A stretch of DNA of 63,364 nt, filler included, from Pirum gemmata (GCA_002812295.1; 11 parts of 11 records of this genome joined end to end with filler, not necessarily neighbours in it); one strand, 5' to 3'; shown: positions 49,549 through 62,514, counted from the whole stretch's first letter. The notes: generated from the sequence alone by a model not told the origin. Translations and numbers: made by a program.

Positions 49549-50406
49549 GTTGAACCCATCTGATATCATATCATATTTATTTAATGAGTGGGGTAGCTGG
49601 TAGCTGAATAGCATATGGTATAAATTATCAATGTTATAAAGTTTCACAATCATTGATATAATCTAAATACTACACGGAGATTTACACTATGATACTGCAA
49701 CCATAATCATACTTTCTTTTGAACTGTTTATTTTGTATTCATAATATCCAGATAGTATGGTGTACTAGGTATGGTGTAGGTGCTACGTATACATGGGTCT
49801 AGTTAAGTTAATTACTAACGCATCCGAAGTTAATAATATTGACGTTATGATATTGCAACCAGAAGAATCACAAACCTTCATATGAACGAAGTAAACGAGG
49901 GCTAGGAAATTATATCGTAGACTATGTATGGGCACCAGGGCACAACCAAAGGAAACTACCAAAGGCTCCTGGGCCTGTCCTGCCCCCCTGAGGGTCTAAG
50001 GTCTTTGACACAACCTAAGCTACTAGACTAACACGAATCAAAACACTTGAACCAAGCCTGTTTTTATTCTCTGAAATCATCCCCAAGTTAAACTTAGAAA
50101 GGCCAAAAAAAAAAGAAACCCGTACAAACCATGTTGGTGGGGTGTATTTTAAAATAATATAATGACATTATTACCACGTTTATTATTATGAACTCTCTAT
50201 AAATAGTAATTTAAAAATCTAGAAAAGGGCTAAAATATGGGAATATGACGTCATAATTATTTATTTTTTTAAAAAAGCTCCAACTTCTGCCACTGGCTTC
50301 TGGACTTCTGCGCTAGATTATCAATAGTTTTTTTAAAAAATAATGGTGACAGAGAGCTAGCTAGCTAGCTAGCTAGTAGACTGCTGGACGAGAGCTAGAC
50401 TACCTG

Positions 50407-50634
50407 AGTAGGGGTGAGATGACGTCATTTTATTATTACCGAACAGCTGCTGGAACTTTTCCGATTTTTATGGTTTTTATTATTATTAATGTTAACATTA
50501 TTACTTTAATTGGTATAATTATATTTACTATTTTAAGCTATTTAACTGCTATTATTAGTAAGAAACACGGAACTAAGGTTGGCTCGATAAGCACCTGTTC
50601 GAAAAAAGTTCCAGTAGATATCTCACCCCCTACT
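50407..50634 (-). mobile_element. MITE family A, inverted copy
   Basis: AGTAGGGGTGAGATGACGTCA...ATCTCACCCCCTACT; flanks ACTACCTG/ACTACAGA partly match. Confidence 0.88.
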
Positions 50635-51043
50635 ACTACAGATCTACTAGTCTGGTAGTTAGCGTAGTATAAAAGTAGTAGGCTATAGCCGCTATACCTC
50701 ACCACTTAAACTACCAGTATTTATAAGTATTTATATATGGTACAAAAAAACTAAAAACGTCCTACTTTTTTTTTACTATCATATCATAATTTTTTAAAAA
50801 AGAAAAAGACAATAGCTAGCTAGCTAGCTAGTGCCATTTCTTTTTTTCTTTTTTCTACCGGTAGTCTAGACTAGTCTTTTTTTTTCTATCTTTTGACTCC
50901 AACGTCTCCAACGTAATTTGCTGTATGATACCGATAGTCTAATTGGTTAATAAATGATACATACTCCTATACATACTCTTATAAAAATAAATGATAGGTC
51001 TAGCTAGTCTAACTAGTTTTTTTTCAGAGCTTTTTTTTTTTCT

Positions 51044-51076
<33 letters not shown>

Positions 51077-51096
51077 TTTTTTTTATAAATTTGAAA

Positions 51097-51141
<45 letters not shown>

Positions 51142-52156
51142 GTCTGGAAGTCACTGCATGCGCTGTGTAGACCGCACACACAGGTGCACACATAGAAAGA
51201 AGTCTAACTACTACCCAGTCTACCCAGGCTACGTCAAACTTCAAAGACACCAACAGAAGACCCGAATTTAGACCCCAAGTCTTTTCAACCCCAATCACGA
51301 AATAGAAAAAAATATATCAACTATATTAGCCAATCCAAGCGTAGCTACGCACACAGTAGCAGTCTAATCCTCGGCCTGGTACTAGCTGCCTGGTACTGTA
51401 GCTTATAGTGGTAGACCTATCATAACTGTATTACCTCTCATAGCTACTACTAGCTACTAGCTACTAGCTGTAGCTGACTCTCTACTACTATGATAGCTAA
51501 CTAGCTAACTCTCTACTAACTCTCTACTACTAGCTAGCTACTAGCTAGACTAGCTAGTAGACAAGCTGGCTATCCGATAGCTAGCTAGCTAGTATTGATA
51601 GTACAGTTATGATAGTCTAGCTAGCTATGATATCATAACTATGACTAGCTAGTAGTAGTAGTAGACAGTGCTAAGCCCCTGTATATAGAAACTAGCTAGC
51701 TATCATACTAAGCTAGCTAGTCTACCGGTAGAGAGTATTGTGATAATGGTATGATAGATATGACTATAGATGAAAATTTTCCCAAAAGTTCCATTACATT
51801 GACTTGTCAAAGTAGTACTGAAAGGCATACTTATGATAGGAGAGGAATTACCTATGAACGTATAACTTAAAAGCCCCTTTTAAAATACATTAGTAACTAG
51901 CTATCAGATATAACTTCATAAAATGTACGTTGCTTTGTAGCTATAGCTTAGTACTTGGCCACTTGTATAACCATAAAGTCTGTAATAACCACTGTATCTG
52001 GGCAGATGCCTAGTATGGTAGAACTCATTATATATTTATAATAATGTTGTATTATTGATTAATTATTCAATAACACACCGGTACCGTTATGATGTATTAT
52101 ATATTGATAGAATATGGTCTCTGCCGATGTAGTTTAAATTTTTTTATTTTTATCAG

Positions 52157-52302
52157 ATAAACCTCTAGAATCGATTGAAATGAAACCAGGAAGACAACGA
52201 AACAACAGTGCAACAACCCTTTATAAATATCATAAAACCTTTTTCTCCAAAGAGAAACACTTTATCTTGGGCCATAGACAGAAACTCCTCATAAGATTTT
52301 AA
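52157..52302 (+). CDS. Possible last exon of an unidentified gene
   Basis: Strong pyrimidine tract plus cag, then 47 open codons KPLESIEMKPGRQRNNSATTLYKYHK...LLIRF*. No recognisable homology. Confidence 0.25.
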
Positions 52303-52481
52303 TTAATAATATATCATACACTATTATGATATAGCTACTGGTGACTCTACAGTGATCTCTGTGATTAGTCTGTGCGACAAAGGAATTTTTTTAGGTTTTG
52401 AGAGGAGTTTGCCATTGATAATTTGATATAGCATAGCCCACTTTTTAATTTTTGACCATTTTGAAGACAAACAGTAATTTT

Positions 52482-52512
<31 letters not shown>

Positions 52513-55007
52513 NNNNNNNNNNNNNNNNNNNNNNNNNNNNNNNNNNNNNNNNNNNNTTAATTAATTAANNNNNNNNNNNNNNNNNNNNNNNNNNNNNNNN
52601 NNNNNNNNNNNNAAACTATTCCATCTATTTCTTCATACCATTTGAACATTTTTATAAATTTATTAGCATCAAATTAATTTTATTATCGTACAGAATACCT
52701 TACTAGTCTTACCAGCTAGGGTTCTAAAGGTTCTACAGCAGTTGTGGTAGAGGTTAAGAACTTAGGATTAGGGTTAGGATTAGGATTAGGGTTAGGGTTA
52801 GGGTTAGGGGTTAGGGTTAGGGTTGGGGTTAACCTATAACATGTCTAATGGCTATGGAAGCTACTAGCTACGGAAGGGTTAGCTTGCGTTTTGCAGCCAC
52901 CATAGACTAGAGCTTTTAGCCCTTTGGTAAACCTCCTTTTTTCTGTCTATAGGTCCTAGTTAAGTACCAAAACAAACAATAAGATGACAAAATAATCGAG
53001 AGACAAAAAAAAAATAAAAATTTCAAATGTTACACAATGTTGATTCGAATTTTTTTATTTATTTATTTTATCGAGTTATATTCATAGTTCAGATCGAATT
53101 GAACTTAACTAAAGTGACGTTTTTTCTATCTTCCTTGCTTTTAAATACTAATGTAGGATCGTAAGGGTTGTTAAATATTTATCGAGTTATACATTCGATT
53201 ATTCGCTAAGAATGCTCGATCGCAGCACCATACCGATTCATACAGATTTTTGCTTTTTACAATTTTCTAAAAAAAAAATAAAAAAAAATAAAAAAAATAA
53301 AAAAAATAACCAATTAAAAAAAAATATTTATATATAATAAAAAAAAAACGTTATTATTGGCGCATAATATTAGGTATGAATACTAGCAAGGTGAAATTAT
53401 AAAACAGCCAATAAAAAAAGGTTAAGAAATACGCTCAACTTGCCTCTTCCAATCCTATTAACCCTAACCCTAACCCTAACCCTAACCCTAACCCTACCCT
53501 AACCGAATTTCTGCTGTCAAACTCTGTTTGAAAATTATTTTTCCCATTTTTTTCGGGTTTATAAATAAATAAATATATTTGAATACTTAATTGTAAGCTC
53601 AAAATTTCGAACTTATTTAATTAATAAATAGGCNNNNNNNNNNNNNNNNNNNNNNNNNNNNNNNNNNNNNNNNNNNNNNNNNNNNNNNNNNNNNNNNNNN
53701 NNNNNNNNNNNNNNNNNNNNNNNNNNNNNNNNNNNNNNNNNNNNNNNNNNNNNNNNNNNNNNNNNNNNNNNNNNNNNNNNNTTTTTTTTTTTTTTTTTTT
53801 AACGTTTATTAGATTTTTCAATTTTCGAACGTAATAGTTATTTAGTAGGTTTGAAATTTTTTTTTTTAAACATATATATAAATATAAACATGGTACTTTT
53901 TATTAGTAAAAAAAGTGGATTCCCTACTAGTAGTTAGATTGTATTGGACTAGAGATATATACATACATTTTGTCATAATAAAAATATTTACAATTTTAAA
54001 AAGTACCAAATTAATACAATTAAAATCCATTTAATTTAATTTGGTATATTTTATTATCTATGTATTGATTATCTAACCCCTCTAAATAAATATTCAGAGT
54101 GACAAAATAAATGAAAAGAACAATACATTTTTTTTTTTTAAAAAAACATAATTGTATTGGTTTTACCAGCGGGCTTTAACCCAATACTCACTGTTCCTAC
54201 TAGCTAGTCTCTCTCTATTCTCCACTAGTATATATCATAGTGGATAGTATAAATAACTATGCCATACTTGGTGCAAAACAAATTACAACTTTAAAAAATT
54301 TAGAGCTGAGAGCTATCATAACCTCTAACCTCATAAGCCTAACCCTTTTAATTAAAAACCTAAACCTAAACCTAATTCATAACCCTAACGTAACCCCAAC
54401 CCTATGATATAGCTAACCCTAATCCTTTATTACCTTAAATAACCCTAACCCTTAAACTTATCCAAGCCCTAACTCTTAACCTTCACCCTCACCCCCTGGT
54501 TCACCCTTCTGGCCTTTAAAAAAAAGGGGGTTAGAATAATTTATATAAATATGATATTAATATATTGTTATATTATGTTTTAATAAAAAAATACCAAAAT
54601 CTAAATGATAGCAGCTATCGTGCTTTTCAGTTGTTTTGTCATCATAAAATATACAATAAAGAGTACCAAATTAATACAATATAAATCCATTTCATTTAAT
54701 TTGGTATATTTTATTATATATTTATTGATTTAAAAATATCAATTTTTAAATATTATAACCAGTTAATTAAATAAATATTCGGAGTAACAAAATAAATGAA
54801 AAACATATATAATAATATCATAAGATAAGTATTAATACTAGGCTAGTTAGGTCTATTAGCTAGAGCTAAAGATAAGTAGGTCAGTGCCAGAAAGTTGGAG
54901 TACAAAGTTGTAGGGTTAGGGTTAGGGTTAGGGTTAGGATGTCAATGGATAGATAATAATATTATGATATTAATATTATGAATATTATGAGTATATCATA
55001 ATTATTA

Positions 55008-55124
55008 GGGAGCGTTCAAATACAGCTTCAAACACCCCTACCTACCTACCCTTTGACGTTAATTTCCGGTCAAATACCGCCTACCTGCCTACCCCTTGAC
55101 GTGACGTATTATTTGAACGTTCCC
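55008..55124 (+). mobile_element. Harbinger-type MITE family B, short copy
   Basis: GGGAGCGTTCAAATA...TATTTGAACGTTCCC; TSD TTA. Confidence 0.9.
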
Positions 55125-55253
55125 TTATTATGACACAAAAATAGACAAAAATGCATTTCCCTTTGTTTTTTTTCGGCATTATCATTGGCCAAATAAAAGA
55201 AAATAAAAGAGCGAATGAAGAGCATCAATGTAAGCTTTTTTTTTTTTTTTTAA

Positions 55254-55532
55254 CAGCCAAGCCGGATAAAACTGTAGAAATCATATTTTTTTAGACTTCT
55301 TTTCTAAAAACCTTTACAATAATGAGCCAAATTATTTTTAAAAACTGGCTATTGGTTTATAATAGAGTTTTATTAGCTAAACGGTTTCTCAAATTTTGGT
55401 AGTACTTTGGAGCATTTTGAGATTGTTGGATTTTTGAGCTCATATTTACTATAATATTTGACTAAAAATTTAATAATATATCGGTAGTCATTTTGCTCAT
55501 TTTGCACCCGCAATTTTTATCTAGCTTGGCTG
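55254..55532 (-). mobile_element. MITE family D, inverted copy
   Basis: TTAA-CAGCCAAGCCGGATAAAA...TTTTATCTAGCTTGGCTG. Confidence 0.8.
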
Positions 55533-56807
55533 TGAAAAAAAAATAAAAAATAAATAAAAAAAAAAGTTTTCTTGAAGAATATTACATCTGTAAACAAGTA
55601 AAAAATTTTTTTTATACAATATTGTTATTATACATTAATCACCATATTAATTAAAACAAGCCTAATAGCTTTATTACAATAATAATTTCGTACATTTATT
55701 TCAGTTTTGGACTGGTCATTATTAATTAATATTACCATTACCAATACCAATATTACTATTTACTTATATTAGTGTTGCTATTACTTACTACTGTTGTTGC
55801 TTTATCTATAGCTATTAATATATTATATCATATTAGAATATATATTATAAATATATATTAATTATTAATAGTTATTAATATTATCAGCTAGCTAATTTAA
55901 ACTCTCTAGTTAGTAGTACTAATTATGAAAAGCATTATAATTATACATATATATGATTCTACTAGCTATATAGTTCTATGACATTTTGTCATCATAAAAT
56001 ATACAATAAATAATACCACATTAATACAATATAAATATTTTATTATCTATGTGTCAATTAATTTAAAGATTATAACTCTGCAAATAAGTATTCATAATAT
56101 GACTTGCATTAACCCTGCCCACCAAAACCTCCAAGCCGGATAAATCTGTAGAAATTATTGTTATTATTATTATTATTATTTTCATAAAATAAAAAAACTT
56201 TCTTTTCTAAAAACCTAACTAGCCAAATTATTTTTAAAACTGGCCACAGTTTTCTTAGTTAGATGATTTCTCAAATTTTCGTAGTACTTTCATAAAAAGT
56301 TGGAGCAAAAAAAAAGAAAAAAAGAGAGAGAGAGAGTTAGCAAAGGGGCAATATCTAAAATTAACTAGTAACTCGATGTTTAAGCATCATATGACTTTCA
56401 GAATTTAAAAAAAATTAAACTAATTAAATTAAAAAGCTAATCTAGAGCTTAAAGAACAAGCAAACTTTGTTATTGAATTTTCTTCATAGCAACATTATTA
56501 CCCATTCTATAAACATTTGTATTTTGTTGCCATAATGCCACTTTAAAAGCTCACAAAAGCCAAACTAAAGCGAAAAAAAGTAAATCTAGATTTTTTTACT
56601 AATTGTTTCCCTTGAAAAAAAAAGGCAATTTTTTTTTTTCCAAATTAGGATTTGTTTTTTTAGCTCGATGTTACTATCGATATTACTATTAATAATATAA
56701 TCATCATTACTATTACTATATATTACTATTAGTATCAGTAGATATCAAAATTATTATTACTATTCCTCATATTATTGCCATGATATTAGCATTGGTATAT
56801 ATAACTA

Positions 56808-57176
56808 TTAAATATTACGATTATCATTATCATTATCTTTATCATTATCAATACAATTACCATTACCATTGCCATTACCATTACCATTAGCATTGCCATT
56901 AGCATAAGCATTACCATTACCATTACCATTACCATTACCATTACCATTACTACTACAATTATTATTATTATCATTACTTATTACCCCCAAGTGGTGTGCT
57001 TTTTGTAATGTTTGATAATACCAAGGTGACCTGATGTAAAGTATATCAGCAAGGCTAAAATATTTTCCTTTATCTGTAGACGACCCTTTTAATTTATCAT
57101 CTTGTGTAGCTGTAAGCATTTTATCAAACTCAGAATTCGATTCCATATCCATTTCCTCCTGAAATTCAGGGTAGCC
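56808..57176 (-). CDS. Downstream exon of a membrane-protein gene; 3' boundary uncertain (donor after 56985, or read-through of an Asn/Gly repeat to the stop at 56808)
   Basis: Acceptor cctgtag; GYPEFQEEMDMESNSEFDKML...LYIRSPWYYQTLQKAHHLG; phase 0 matches the upstream exon. Confidence 0.7.
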   Translation of the reverse strand, partial: GYPEFQEEMDMESNSEFDKMLTATQDDKLKGSSTDKGKYFSLADILYIRSPWYYQTLQKAHHLGVISNDNNNNCSSNGNGNGNGNGNGNAYANGNANGNGNGNGNGNCIDNDKDNDNDNRNI

Positions 57177-57195
57177 CTACAGGATTGGTAACATA

Positions 57196-57420
57196 AGGTT
57201 AGGGTTAGGGATAGAGTTAGAGTTAGGGTTAGGGTTAGGGTTAGGGTTAGGGTTAGGGTTAGGGTTAGGGTTAGAGGTAGGGTTAGGGTTAGGGTTAGGG
57301 TTAGGGTTAGATATTAAATATCACATATATTGTTTTTCTAATTTCGAAAAGGTGTCAATGACATAGCGTTAAGATTAGGGTTAGGGTTAGGGTTAAGATT
57401 AGAGTTAGGGAAAAGGTTAA
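57196..57420 (+). repeat. Intronic (TTAGGG)n array, CCCTAA on the sense strand
   Basis: Lies between exons 57470-57693 and 57176. Confidence 0.9.
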
Positions 57421-57469
57421 GATTAAAGTTAAGGTTAGGATCAAGTATAAGGTATTAAATATTATATAC

Positions 57470-57693
57470 ACTATTTTTCCATTTTCGAAAAGCTGTCATT
57501 AACTCTTCGTCAAGAGCAAAGCAGGTTAAATCATCCATCGGTAAAAGTGCCTTTATTGAACGAGCCTTGGTTGTTTTATAAAACATCAACACCAAAATTA
57601 CAAACACAATAAAAGTAGAAAAAAAGCTTAAAATAGAAGCAAAGATATAACGATTAGAATTATCACCCTCAGACCATTTAATTGCTGTAATTG
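57470..57693 (-). CDS. Internal exon with one transmembrane helix; tentatively the last TM of a CSC1/OSCA/TMEM63-like channel
   Basis: Acceptor tatacag, donor gtatat; ITAIKWSEGDNSNRYIFASILSFFSTFIVFVILVLMFYKTTKARSIKALLPMDDLTCFALDEELMTAFRKWKNS. The exon is well supported; the family assignment is weak. Confidence 0.65.
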
Positions 57694-58951
57694 CTGTATA
57701 AATATAATAAATAAAAAACAGGTAGGATCAAGATTACGGTTTTAAGTTTAGGTTTAGGTTAAGGCTAGGGTCAGGGTTAAAAGGTTAGTGTTGGGGTTAG
57801 GTTTAGATTCAGATTTAGGATTAGAGTTAGGGTAAGGCTTAGGGTTAGGGTAAGGGTAAAGGTTAAAGTAAAAGTTAAGTGTTGGGTTTAGGTTAAGGTT
57901 TAGGTTTCGGTTTAGGTTTGGGTTTTGGATCAGGGTTAGGGTTTGAATTAGGGTAGGGGGGTAGNNNNNNNNNNNNNNNNNNNNNNNNNNNNNNNNNNNN
58001 NNNNNNNNTTAATTAATTAANNNNNNNNNNNNNNNNNNNNNNNNNNNNNNNNNNNNNNNNNNNNTTTTTTTTTTTTTTTTTTTTTTTTTTTTGACTATCA
58101 TCACTGGCGGTGGTTATCAATCAGCTGTAGGTAGGTAGGTAGGTGTTCCTGAACTACTTCTAACAATTCTGTAAAATATAATAATATCATAATTATCGAC
58201 ATAATACGATAGTTTCGTATTATAAATAATGGTCAAATAATAAAAAGTATTACAATAATATGAATATCGGTATTTAATAAGTTACTGTTATTTTATAATG
58301 ATATTATTATCTGGAATTTCATACTATGATAGAATTTTATATAAATCTTGTCCTTCAAAACACATTATATCATCAATATCAGATAAAAGCAAGAAGATTC
58401 AAGACCACTACATCATATGAAGTTGATTACTATTATGCAGTGGTTGATAAATTTTCTGAACTTTTTTGCGTTTGAAGAATTTTTTTTTTTGAATTTTCTG
58501 ACATGGTTTCTAGTACTACTAACTTCTCTAGTATTAAGTATCCGATAGTAGTTTCTCTAGCTAGTAGAGTAGTGGTCTACTATTTAGTTTAATTGGTATT
58601 CAAACGGTATCATTCATTCAGTCTATAAAATTAATGGAACATTCCATTATTTCCGTAAATTATCATGATATATATATTAGTGTCATATTATTATATACAT
58701 ATATATATATATCATAGATCACTTTATAATCTTATGCATATATACACTAAGTCTTGAATGCTATGATATAATTATATACTTATTATTATTATTATATTAT
58801 TATATAATTTATATTCATTTATTTCATTTATTTTATATATTATGTTCAGAATATTCTGCGTCATCTATTCTATTATATAATGCAGTTTAATAATAACTGT
58901 ATCCTAATTGATCAGCTAGCTGTATGAAATTATGAAAGTTAAAAACTTTCC

Positions 58952-58986
<35 letters not shown>

Positions 58987-60434
58987 TTTATCGGGATAAT
59001 CTAATAATCCTTGTAGTAGTAATCATGAATGAGTGCTACACCAACGAGGGTAGGGCTTATAAATATTATGGCCATATGAAATTATTATGAATGAATATAA
59101 AGATACTTTTAGTAATTATAAAGATACTATGCTGCGGCATTGCTGCCTATAAGCATATAAAAATTATCATCTATAATTCCATATATTTATGCCGAGGGAG
59201 GGATGTCCACATCGTAAAAATCTGTAAAAATGGTCCAAAAAACCCAAAATTGTAGCGAAATACGAGTTTTAGATAGTTGATAAATTTTAAAATTTTTATT
59301 ATAGTCTATTATTATACTATTATTATTGCTAATTATTATCATCGATAGACTATATCTGATAATTAAAGAGGAAATTTATAGTACTATTAGCATATATGAT
59401 ATAATATTATGATATATATAATATATCTGATATATTAAAGAGGAAATTTATAGTACTATTAGCATATATGATATATGATATAATATATAATATATCTGAT
59501 ATATAGTATATATATCGATATGTATATATATCTACGTAACCCAGGTACTATTATACCGTCTATACGTGCTCAATTATGCCTTAATTAACTGGCCTCAATA
59601 TATTATAATATACCGGCTACGAGTCTTTTATCAATAATTATTATCTATACCCATATAGGGTCATAGGCAAAGACTCCAAGTCTAAACAGTGTCTAACTAA
59701 ACCTACTGGTACTAGCTAGTGCTTTTTGTTTCTAAAATAGGAATAAAAAGTTCCCAATTAATTTATTTGATACTGTTTTATAATATGAGAATCATCATCA
59801 AATTCCTGCTGCTTATATTATCAGTTTTTTAAAAAAATTGGCGTATTTAATATATATGATATCATCAATCATCATAGAATGGATTTAAAAATTATTGATT
59901 TCAAAATGTCGATAATAATATGGACGAAATTACAATTTACAATGTAAATATTGTAAACTGACCGACTGTACTTCCGACCGTATCGATATCAACTGAGCTA
60001 TCCGATATCATACCAGTTATATATATTATCATAATATATGATAACGTACTAATGGTAGTACTAGGTAGCTAGCTGCTGTAAACTATCATTTGCAGTATAC
60101 TATACATAGACCTGATATAATTTACTTATTTCGATAAATATTACTATGATATGATATAGCTTTAATAATATGACATGATAAATAAAAAAATAAAATAAAA
60201 TAAAATTCTCAGAAAAATTTTTCCTGACAAAAATAATTCTCTTATCATTAGTTTATCATATTATTATTAGTTTTAAACTATTATCATAGGAAAAATAATA
60301 ATTCTCTCTCCTACTTACTATAATACTCTTTTACTATGCTCATAATAATAGTCGGGTATGAATCCGTATGATAGCCTATTTTAAGCTATCCCCGATACTA
60401 TGATAGCCGGTAGCTACAGTACTCAATAACTACT

Positions 60435-61220
60435 TGCTGACTAGCTAGCTAGCTAGGCTTTTAACTATGATAGCCTAGCTAGTCTAGCTACTAGTAGCTA
60501 GCTAGTTACTTATGATAGCTACTAGCTAGCTAGCTAGTTAGCTAGCTATGATATGATATGATAGCTAGCTAGAGAGAAACCCTAACCCCTACTATCTAGC
60601 TAGCTAGCTAGTAGAGCGTCTAGCTAGACTAGCTAGCTAGCTACTAGCTAGAGAGAAACCCTAACCCCTAGCTAGACTACTATGCATAGCTAGCTAGTAG
60701 CTAGCTAGCAAGAGAGTCTATCGTGTTTTTCAATAGATCTATGACATAGTTATGGTATCATAGTGTTGACCAGTTCAAAAACTGAAAAAAACGTACCAAA
60801 TTAAAACTATCGGACATTTTTTAATTAATTTGGTATTTTATGTTTAATGTTGAAGTTCAATTATAGGTACCAAATTAAAGATTGAGAAGACAACTGTAGC
60901 TAGTATCATAGCAGTCCTAGCTAGTATTATACCTAGCTCTAGCTAGCTGGTCCAGGCTACTATAATAGCTACTAGCTAGCTAGACTAGCTAGACTAACTA
61001 GCTGGTCCAGGCTACTATAAAATAGCTAGCTAGTAGTAGACTAGCTAGCTAGTAGCTAGTTAGACTATCATAACATGATTCTTTAGAGAGACTATCATGG
61101 TGTAAACTAGCTAGTTAGAGTACTAGCTACCTAGCTAGCTAGCTAGCTAGTAGTAGCAGTAGCCTAGTAGCAGTAACAGTCTCACTAGTAGTAGAGAGAG
61201 CTAGTAGCTAGCTACTAAAG
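60435..61220. repeat. Degenerate (CTAG/AGCT)n low-complexity tract
   Basis: Dense ctagctagctag runs mixed with tagtag, interrupted by a family E MITE; a similar tract lies at about 51420-51725. Confidence 0.85.
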
Positions 61221-61596
61221 CTCAACTGAAAATTCTTTCCTAAAAAAAAATTTCACCTCGAGTCTCTGACTGAAGTCTGACTGAGATGAGTGAGCCACTG
61301 AGTCAATGAGCCAAAGTACTATAGACCTAGAGTGACCTAGTGCTTTTCATTAATATTTATTTGGTTGTTTATAATATTCAAATTGATCCTTTTAAATAAA
61401 TAAATATATAATAAAATATACCAAATTAATTGAAATGGATTTATATTGTATTAATTTGGTATCATTTATTGTATATTTTATGATGACAAAACAACTGAAA
61501 ATATACTAATAATAAGTCAAAGACTCGAGGAAAAAAGGAAACTGGGTCTTTGGAAGTTTGGAACTTTGGATACCCTACAACTAAGCAACTAATAAG

Positions 61597-61829
61597 AGTA
61601 GGGGTGAGATATCTACTGGAACTTTTTTCGAACAGATGCTTATCGAGCCAACCTTAGTTCCGTGTTCCTTGCTAATAATAGCAGTTAAATAGCTTAAAAT
61701 AGTAAATATAACTATAGTAGATACTAATTGAAGTAATGATATTAACATTAATAGTAATAAAAACCTTATAATCGGAAAAGTTCCGGTAGCTGCTCGGTGA
61801 TAATAAAATGACGTCATCTCACCCCTACT
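61597..61829 (+). mobile_element. MITE family A, reference copy (233 bp)
   Basis: Perfect TIR AGTAGGGGTGAGAT/ATCTCACCCCTACT; perfect 8-bp TSD CTAATAAG. Confidence 0.94.
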
Positions 61830-62514
61830 CTAATAAGTCTAGCCCTTTTTACTTGAGCTTTTTTTACTACGTAATAATAGCTTCTTTTTTTACACTCATT
61901 TCTTTTTTTTTTTCTCTTTTAGAACTTTGAACTGGAACTTTCAACGTTAGTTCTGCTCTAGTAGAGGTTAGTTCTGCAGTTCTCTTTGTTCTGCACAATT
62001 TCGCTTTTCAAGTTATAAAAAAAGCTAAGACTGTATGTAGACAGAAGACTAGCTAGTAGAGTCAGATTCCAAGTATTCATAATTTTCTTATCTTTTTATA
62101 TTATAAATATATATATATAGAATAAATCAAACCAGCAATAGACAGCAGTTTCAGTACGTCACACAGAATTTATACTCGTATTAATATACGTATACGGTAT
62201 ACTTATTATTATATGATAACTATTTTTTACATTATTATATCAGTATTATATCCAATATAAACACATATTTTTATTTTTATTAGTTATCATATTTATTAGT
62301 TAATTTTAGCTATACGTAGTCTATGCTACTATAGTAGTCTATGTAATCATTGTACTAAGGTGGAAACACTGTGGAAACTGTGGAAACCGGTCTATTATTA
62401 TGTATTGTGTGTAAATTTGTAGTAAATTTGTGTATATTTTTTACTATAATTTTTTATTGAACAACATTGTATAGACAGTATAGACTGTATAGTGTTGGCG
62501 AAAATTTTGTCCGC

